From positions 7,895 to 71,894 of the forward strand of contig CAJKFS010000001.1 of NCBI GenBank assembly GCA_905199225.1: a DNA stretch of 64,000 bases, in the 5' to 3' direction. Shown here one piece after another: positions 59,174 to 64,000 of the stretch (the first letter of the stretch is position 1; each line of letters opens with the position of its first letter). A program made the position numbers and the translations under genes. The stretch is from an uncultured Collinsella sp. GTDB lineage: Bacteria; Actinomycetota; Coriobacteriia; Coriobacteriales; Coriobacteriaceae. The notes below the pieces were generated by a model that worked only from the letters and a program-made list of their open reading frames with translations, ran no database searches and was not told the DNA's origin.

Positions 59174-59692
59174 ATGACGTGTAAGCTATCTGCTATCGTC
59201 GCCGTGTGTGACGATTGGGGCATTGGGTGCGAGGGCGACATGGTGGTGTCCAATCGCGCCGATATGCGCCATTTTGTGGCCTGCACCAAGGGCTGCCCGG
59301 TTATCATGGGACGCAAGACCCTGCTGAGTTTTCCCGGCGGGCGTCCGCTCAAGAACCGCCGCAATATCGTTCTCACCCGCGACGAGAGCTTTGCCCCCGA
59401 GGGCGTCAACGTGGTGCATAGTATCGACGAGGCGCTCGCCGCGGTTGCCGATGAGCCCGTTGCCTGGGTGATCGGTGGCGGCGATGTCTATCGGCAGTTT
59501 TTGCCGTACTGCGTCGAGGCCGAAGTCACGCACAACCACTGCGTGCATGTTGCGGATACGTACTTTTCCGATTTGGAAGCCGATCCCGCGTGGGAGATTG
59601 CGCAGCGTAGCGGGGTCGCGACGATTGTCTCCGGTGAGGGCGACGAGGGTGTCGATTATGAGTTCGTGACGTATCGTCGCATCGAGGCGTAA
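59174..59692 (+). CDS. folA: Dihydrofolate reductase
   Basis: IVAVCDDWGIG and VIGGGDVYRQFL motifs. It is immediately downstream of thyA. Confidence 0.9.
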   Translation: MTCKLSAIVAVCDDWGIGCEGDMVVSNRADMRHFVACTKGCPVIMGRKTLLSFPGGRPLKNRRNIVLTRDESFAPEGVNVVHSIDEALAAVADEPVAWVIGGGDVYRQFLPYCVEAEVTHNHCVHVADTYFSDLEADPAWEIAQRSGVATIVSGEGDEGVDYEFVTYRRIEA

Positions 59693-59801
59693 AACCGATT
59701 ATCCCTTCGGTATTATCGGGTTGAAATGAATGACGGGGCGGCGCATGGCGTTGCCCCGATATTTGTATAGGTGCTGCAAAGAAAGGTGCGGGCTGGCTGC
59801 T

Positions 59802-60716
59802 ATGACTGATGCCGTTGAGGTTCTGCGAATTGATTCGCTCGAGGACGAGCGGCTCGATGCCTACGTGCGACTGACCGAGCGCGAGTTGCGCTGCGTGTTG
59901 GAGCCGCAAAAGGGCATCTTTATCGCCGAGAGTGCCAAGGTTATCGAGCGCGCTGTGCGCGCCGGATACCAGCCGGTGAGCTTTCTTTTGGGCGAACGCT
60001 GGCTCGACCAGATGATGCCGCTGTTCGAGCGCCTGGTTGTGCGCGAGGGCGCGGGTCCGGTTCCTGTGTTCGTTGCCTCCATGGAGCTCATGGAGCAGCT
60101 GACGGGCTTCAATGTGACGCGCGGTGCGCTCGCGGCATTCCGTCGTCCACGCCAGATTCCGGTAGCCGAGTTCTTGGGTGGCGTCGTCGAGGCGGCGGGG
60201 GAGCGTCCGGTGCGCGTGTGCGTGCTCGAGGGCATTGTCGATCACACCAATGTTGGCGCGATTTTCCGCTCGGCTGCCGCATTGAACGTTGACGGTATTT
60301 TGGTCAGCCCGACGTGCTGCGATCCACTGTATCGTCGCTCGGCCCGCGTGAGCATGGGCACCGTGTTTCAGGTGCCGTGGACGCGCATTGGCAGCGAGGC
60401 TCGTGTGTGGCCGCATGATGGTCTGAGCGCGTTGCACGATGCCGGTTTTTCGTGTGCCGCTATGGCGTTGACGGACGACTCTGTTTCGCTTGATGATCCT
60501 GTACTGCGGAAGATTGATCGCTTGGCGATTTTTATGGGCACCGAGGGTGCCGGCTTGGGCGCCAAGACCATTGCCGGCTGTGACCACGCGGTGCGCATTC
60601 CGATGGCGCACGGGGTCGATTCGCTCAACGTGGCCGCGGCGAGCGCCGTCGCCTTTTGGCAGCTGTGCCCGCACGTGAGCAATGAGTATCACTACCAGCC
60701 GGGTTTGTATCACTAG
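59802..60716 (+). CDS. TrmH/SpoU-family RNA 2'-O-methyltransferase
   Basis: SpoU motifs LEGIVDHTNVGAIFRSA and IFMGTEGAGL. The start is uncertain: 59730, 59745 or 59802. Confidence 0.75.
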   Translation: MTDAVEVLRIDSLEDERLDAYVRLTERELRCVLEPQKGIFIAESAKVIERAVRAGYQPVSFLLGERWLDQMMPLFERLVVREGAGPVPVFVASMELMEQLTGFNVTRGALAAFRRPRQIPVAEFLGGVVEAAGERPVRVCVLEGIVDHTNVGAIFRSAAALNVDGILVSPTCCDPLYRRSARVSMGTVFQVPWTRIGSEARVWPHDGLSALHDAGFSCAAMALTDDSVSLDDPVLRKIDRLAIFMGTEGAGLGAKTIAGCDHAVRIPMAHGVDSLNVAAASAVAFWQLCPHVSNEYHYQPGLYH

Positions 60717-60840
60717 GCAGATATTTTGCACTGGGCTCTGATTCGGGGTGTTTCGGTCGACGCCGGTCGGTGCTAAGCTGGTATTTGCTTTGGTCTTAAA
60801 TTGCCGTTTTGTTGTTTAACATACGTTGGCGGGGAGGGCG

Positions 60841-62191
60841 TGTGGCTAAGAAATCTACGGCTATCGATGTAACGCAGGGTGTCATTTGGCAACAGCTGCT
60901 GTCGCTGTGCGTTCCCATCTTTTTTAGTTCGTTTTTTCAGCAGGCCTACACGCTTATCGGTACGTATATCGTTGGCCAGTTTGGCGGCAAGCTCGCGCTG
61001 GGTGGCATTCAAGCCACGATGGTGCTCACCGAGCTCTGCATTGGCTTTTGCGTTGGCGTCGGCGCCGGCTGCGCGGTCATTACCGGTCAGTATTTTGGCC
61101 AGCACGATGATGAGCGACTGAGTCGTTCGGTCCATACAGCCATGACGCTCGCGCTGGTGGGCGGTATCGCTTTCTCGATTCTTGGCATAGTGTTCGTTGA
61201 GCCCATGCTGGTGCTTATGAACACGCCGCATGAACTATTGGCCGAGGGCGTGGCCTATGCTCGCTGTTATTTTGCCGCGATGGTTGCGGCACTGCTGCTA
61301 AATATGGGAACCGCACTGCTGCGTGCCGTGGGCGACACGCGCGGGCCCGCCGTGATCATTGCCTCTGGCTGCCTTGTTAACGTGGTGCTGGATATCATCT
61401 TTGTCGCTGTGTTGCATATGGAGGCGCTGGGCTGCGGCATCGCAGTGGCGCTGACCATTTGCTCCAATGCAACGATGATCGTGTTGCGCATGATGCGCGC
61501 TCCGGGTGCATGGCGTCTTTCGCTGTCTAAGCTCGGTATCGATCGCGGTATTTGCAAGAGTATGATCTCGTGTGGTCTGCCACTCGGTTTTCAATCGGCT
61601 GCCTATTCGATCTCGAACGTGCTGATCCAGGTGTCGGTTAATTCGTTTGGCGCCGATGTCACGACTGCTTGGGGTCTATCTGGGCGCCTGGATGGCATTA
61701 TCTGGATGGTGACCGAGGCGCTCGGCGTATCGATCACTACGTTCTCGGCGCAGAACTTTGGCGCGCGTAACTACGAGCGCATGCGCAAGGGCTACCATAC
61801 GTCGCTCGTGCTGTCGTTTATGCTCATTGGTGGCCTGTCTGCCGTGCTGCTGGGGTTTTCGGGCCCGCTGTCGCGTTTGTTTGTCGACGATGCTTCGATT
61901 TCGGCGTACACCACGACTATCCTCCATTTCATTGCGCCGTTCTATGCGATCTTCTCGATTATCGAAAACGCGTCGGGTTCCATTCGCGGTGCCGGCGTGA
62001 GCTTGCAGCCCATGCTGCTCACCATCTTTGGCACTGTCGTGCTCAGGGTGATCTGGGTGTTTGCGATTATGCCGTTCGATCCGTCGCTTGAGCACCTGCT
62101 GCTTGTCTACCCCGTAACCTGGGTAATCACCGCAACCATGTTCATCGTCTACCATCACAGCGGAAACTGGCTCGGCCGCGCCACCGCCTAG
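60841..62191 (+). CDS. MATE-family efflux transporter
   Basis: About 12 hydrophobic segments with two-fold internal repeat character. Typical MATE length. The GTG at 60841 is preceded by GGGGAGGG. Confidence 0.7.
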
Positions 62192-62212
62192 CCATTCGGG
62201 ACGTCCCCAATG
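62190..62212. repeat. Degenerate copy 2 of the palindromic element (CATTCGGGACGTCCCCAATGG)
   Basis: Read directly from the sequence. It differs from the perfect palindrome at 41940-41963 by one mismatch. It spans the MATE stop and the cobO-remnant stop. Confidence 0.7.
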
Positions 62213-62480
62213 GCTAGTATTCGATGCCTTGGCGGGCTAGGAGTCCTTCGTCGAAGTAGTGTTTGATGGGGCGCATTTCGGTGACAAGGTCGGCGAGGTT
62301 CGCGAGGGGCAGCAAGCCCCGGCCGGTGAGCACGAGCTCCGTGGTGGCGGGCTTTATCGCGATCAGCGCTTCGACATCCTCGCGCGTCACGAAGCAGCCG
62401 TCGTCTTGCCCTTGCCGTCGCCTGTATAGATTTGAACCTTGCCGACTTACAGTGATGCCATCTCTGTCCTTTCGTGCCCG
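62212..62480 (-). pseudogene. cobO: Decayed cob(I)yrinic acid a,c-diamide adenosyltransferase (CobO/BtuR-type) remnant
   Basis: On the minus strand, a P-loop N-terminus KVQIYTGDGKGKTTAA runs straight, with a frameshift, into the extreme C-terminus DGCFVTREDVEALIAIKPATTELVLTGRGLLPLANLADLVTEMRPIKHYFDEGLLARQGIEY-stop. The central ~100 aa are missing. Confidence 0.5.
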
Positions 62481-62538
62481 GCGTCGGTTTATCGTCGCTC
62501 GGGTTGGGTATTCTAGAAACCATTATCAACCCCAGTAG

Positions 62539-64000
62539 ATGGAGTTCAAGCAGATGGAGATGGATGACAACAAGCGTAGACGGAATATGATCCTCTACGT
62601 GCTCATCGCCTTCGTCGTCTACCTCGTGCTCTCGACCGTTCTGTTCCCCAACATCGGTCACACGCAGCAGATTACGAAGACCGATTACTCGACGTTTGTC
62701 AAAGCACTCGATAAGAAGAGTGTCGACAAGGTCGAGTACAACACGGACGATTACTCGATTTATTACACCAAGAAGGGCGAGGACGAGAATATCGCCTATA
62801 AGACGACCGGTGTGCCGAACGATGCGGGCTTTACCGATCGCGTGCTTGAGTCTGGCGCTTCGCTGGAGTCGGTCGTTCCCGATAAAAACTCGGGTTTGAT
62901 GACCTACTACCTGCTCACACTCATTCTTCCCATGGCGATTTTCTTCCTCATCGGTTGGTGGCTCAACCGCCGCATGAAGAAGGCTATGGGCGATGACGGC
63001 CCGTCGATGAACTTTGGCGGCGGCGGTTTTGGCGGCGGCGGGCTGGGTAAGTCCGGCGCGCGCGTGATCGCCTCCAAGGACGTGGGCGTGACCTTTAAGG
63101 ACGTCGCTGGCCAGGAAGAGGCCAAGGAATCCCTCAAGGAGGTCGTCGATTTTCTGGAGAAGCCGCAGCGCTACGAGGAGATTGGCGCCAAGCTGCCGCG
63201 CGGTGCTCTCCTTGTTGGCCCTCCGGGTACCGGTAAGACCCTGCTTGCCAAGGCTGTTGCCGGCGAGGCCGGTGTTCCGTTCTTTAGCATTTCGGGCTCT
63301 GAGTTCGTTGAGATGTTTGTTGGTCGCGGCGCTGCTAAGGTTCGTGACCTGTTTAAGCAGGCCAAGGAAAAGGCCCCGTGCATCGTCTTTATCGACGAGA
63401 TCGATACCATTGGTAAGAAGCGCGATGGCGGCGGCTTTAGCGGCAACGACGAGCGCGAGCAGACGCTCAATCAGTTGCTGACCGAGATGGATGGCTTCGA
63501 TAACCACAAGGGTATCGTTGTCCTCGCTGCCACCAACCGCCCCGACAGTCTCGATCCCGCTCTACTGCGCCCCGGTCGTTTTGACCGCCGCATCCCCGTC
63601 GAGCTGCCCGATCTGACCGGCCGCAAGAACATCCTCGAGCTGCATGCCAAGAGCGTGAAGACCGAGCCGCCGATCGACCTGACCGCGATTGCCCGCGCCA
63701 CGCCCGGTGCCTCGGGCGCCGACCTGGCCAATATCATCAACGAGGGCGCCCTGCGCGCCGTTCGCGAGGGTCGCAAGCGTGCAACCCAGGACGACTTCGA
63801 GGAGTCGGTGGAGGTCGTCATTGCCGGCCAACAGCGTAAGTCCACGGTGCTGTCCGACCACGAGAAGCAGGTCGTTTCTTATCACGAGATCGGCCATGCC
63901 ATCGTTGCCGCTCGCCAGAAGGGCTCTGCGCCGGTCACGAAGATCACCATCGTGCCGCGCACGAGCGGTGCTCTTGGTTATACCATGCAGGTCGAGGAGG
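62539..64000 (+). CDS. ftsH: ATP-dependent zinc metalloprotease FtsH (5' part; continues past the window end)
   Basis: Translated by hand because there is no stop codon in the window. It has an N-terminal transmembrane/periplasmic region, Walker [14 protein letters not shown], Walker B IVFIDEID, the SRH segment and the zinc motif HEIGHA. Confidence 0.95.
   Translation, partial: MEFKQMEMDDNKRRRNMILYVLIAFVVYLVLSTVLFPNIGHTQQITKTDYSTFVKALDKKSVDKVEYNTDDYSIYYTKKGEDENIAYKTTGVPNDAGFTDRVLESGASLESVVPDKNSGLMTYYLLTLILPMAIFFLIGWWLNRRMKKAMGDDGPSMNFGGGGFGGGGLGKSGARVIASKDVGVTFKDVAGQEEAKESLKEVVDFLEKPQRYEEIGAKLPRGALLVGPPGTGKTLLAKAVAGEAGVPFFSISGSEFVEMFVGRGAAKVRDLFKQAKEKAPCIVFIDEIDTIGKKRDGGGFSGNDEREQTLNQLLTEMDGFDNHKGIVVLAATNRPDSLDPALLRPGRFDRRIPVELPDLTGRKNILELHAKSVKTEPPIDLTAIARATPGASGADLANIINEGALRAVREGRKRATQDDFEESVEVVIAGQQRKSTVLSDHEKQVVSYHEIGHAIVAARQKGSAPVTKITIVPRTSGALGYTMQVEE

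Noticed and set aside
1-64000. CRISPR arrays, rRNA genes, insertion sequences/transposases and integrases
   Set aside because: I saw no regularly spaced short direct repeats, no rRNA-like conserved stretches, and no DDE or tyrosine-recombinase motifs in any frame that I examined.

Overview
This 64-kb window comes from a high-GC (about 60-65%) Gram-positive genome, plausibly a Coriobacteriia-type actinobacterium. The assignment rests on gene content and synteny and is an inference. Open reading frames (ORFs) on both strands are frequent, as expected at this GC content. Most long antisense ORFs in the supplied track are artefacts lying opposite real genes. The window has four parts. (1) Positions 60-7300: a lower-GC accessory island of phage-defence genes. 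It carries an Abi_2 (AbiD/AbiF-like) abortive-infection gene. It carries an OLD-family ATPase-TOPRIM nuclease followed 26 bp later by a 342-aa protein with no recognisable motifs; this pair is the candidate undescribed system. It carries an AbiL-like pair, an AAA ATPase plus an RloB/AbiLii protein. A decayed gene remnant lies between the units. A ~105-bp element is duplicated upstream of both defence units, and the first copy carries a perfect 21-bp hairpin. (2) Positions 7651-18746: a Gram-positive-type Pel exopolysaccharide operon (pelD-like, pelE-like, pelA-like deacetylase, pelF, pelG). It is translationally coupled to a module of a CotH-like lipoprotein, a VTC-domain protein and a DUF4956 protein. 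The PelD-like protein has an intact RESD I-site, a degenerate GGDEF and an extra N-terminal SDR/epimerase-like domain. (3) Positions 18984-23208: a sucrose PTS operon (LacI-family regulator, EIIBC, GH32 sucrose-6-phosphate hydrolase) with a strong intrinsic terminator. (4) Core housekeeping genes follow: guaB; leuS with a structured leader; rimP-nusA-infB-rbfA-nrnA-truB-ribF-dnaG-rpoD; tRNA-Asn(GTT); asp23-fakA-recG-rsmD-coaD; a coiled-coil hypothetical, yceD(DUF177)-rpmF-plsX-acpP-rnc-smc-ftsY-ffh; a convergent DUF134/NifX-like fusion with a His/Cys-rich tail; thyA-folA; a TrmH-family methyltransferase; a MATE transporter; a decayed cobO remnant; and the 5' part of ftsH. The 60-aa ORF filter missed several small genes, which were added by hand (rpmF; true starts of rbfA, coaD, acpP, thyA, rimP, leuS). 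No CRISPR array, rRNA, transposase or integrase was found.
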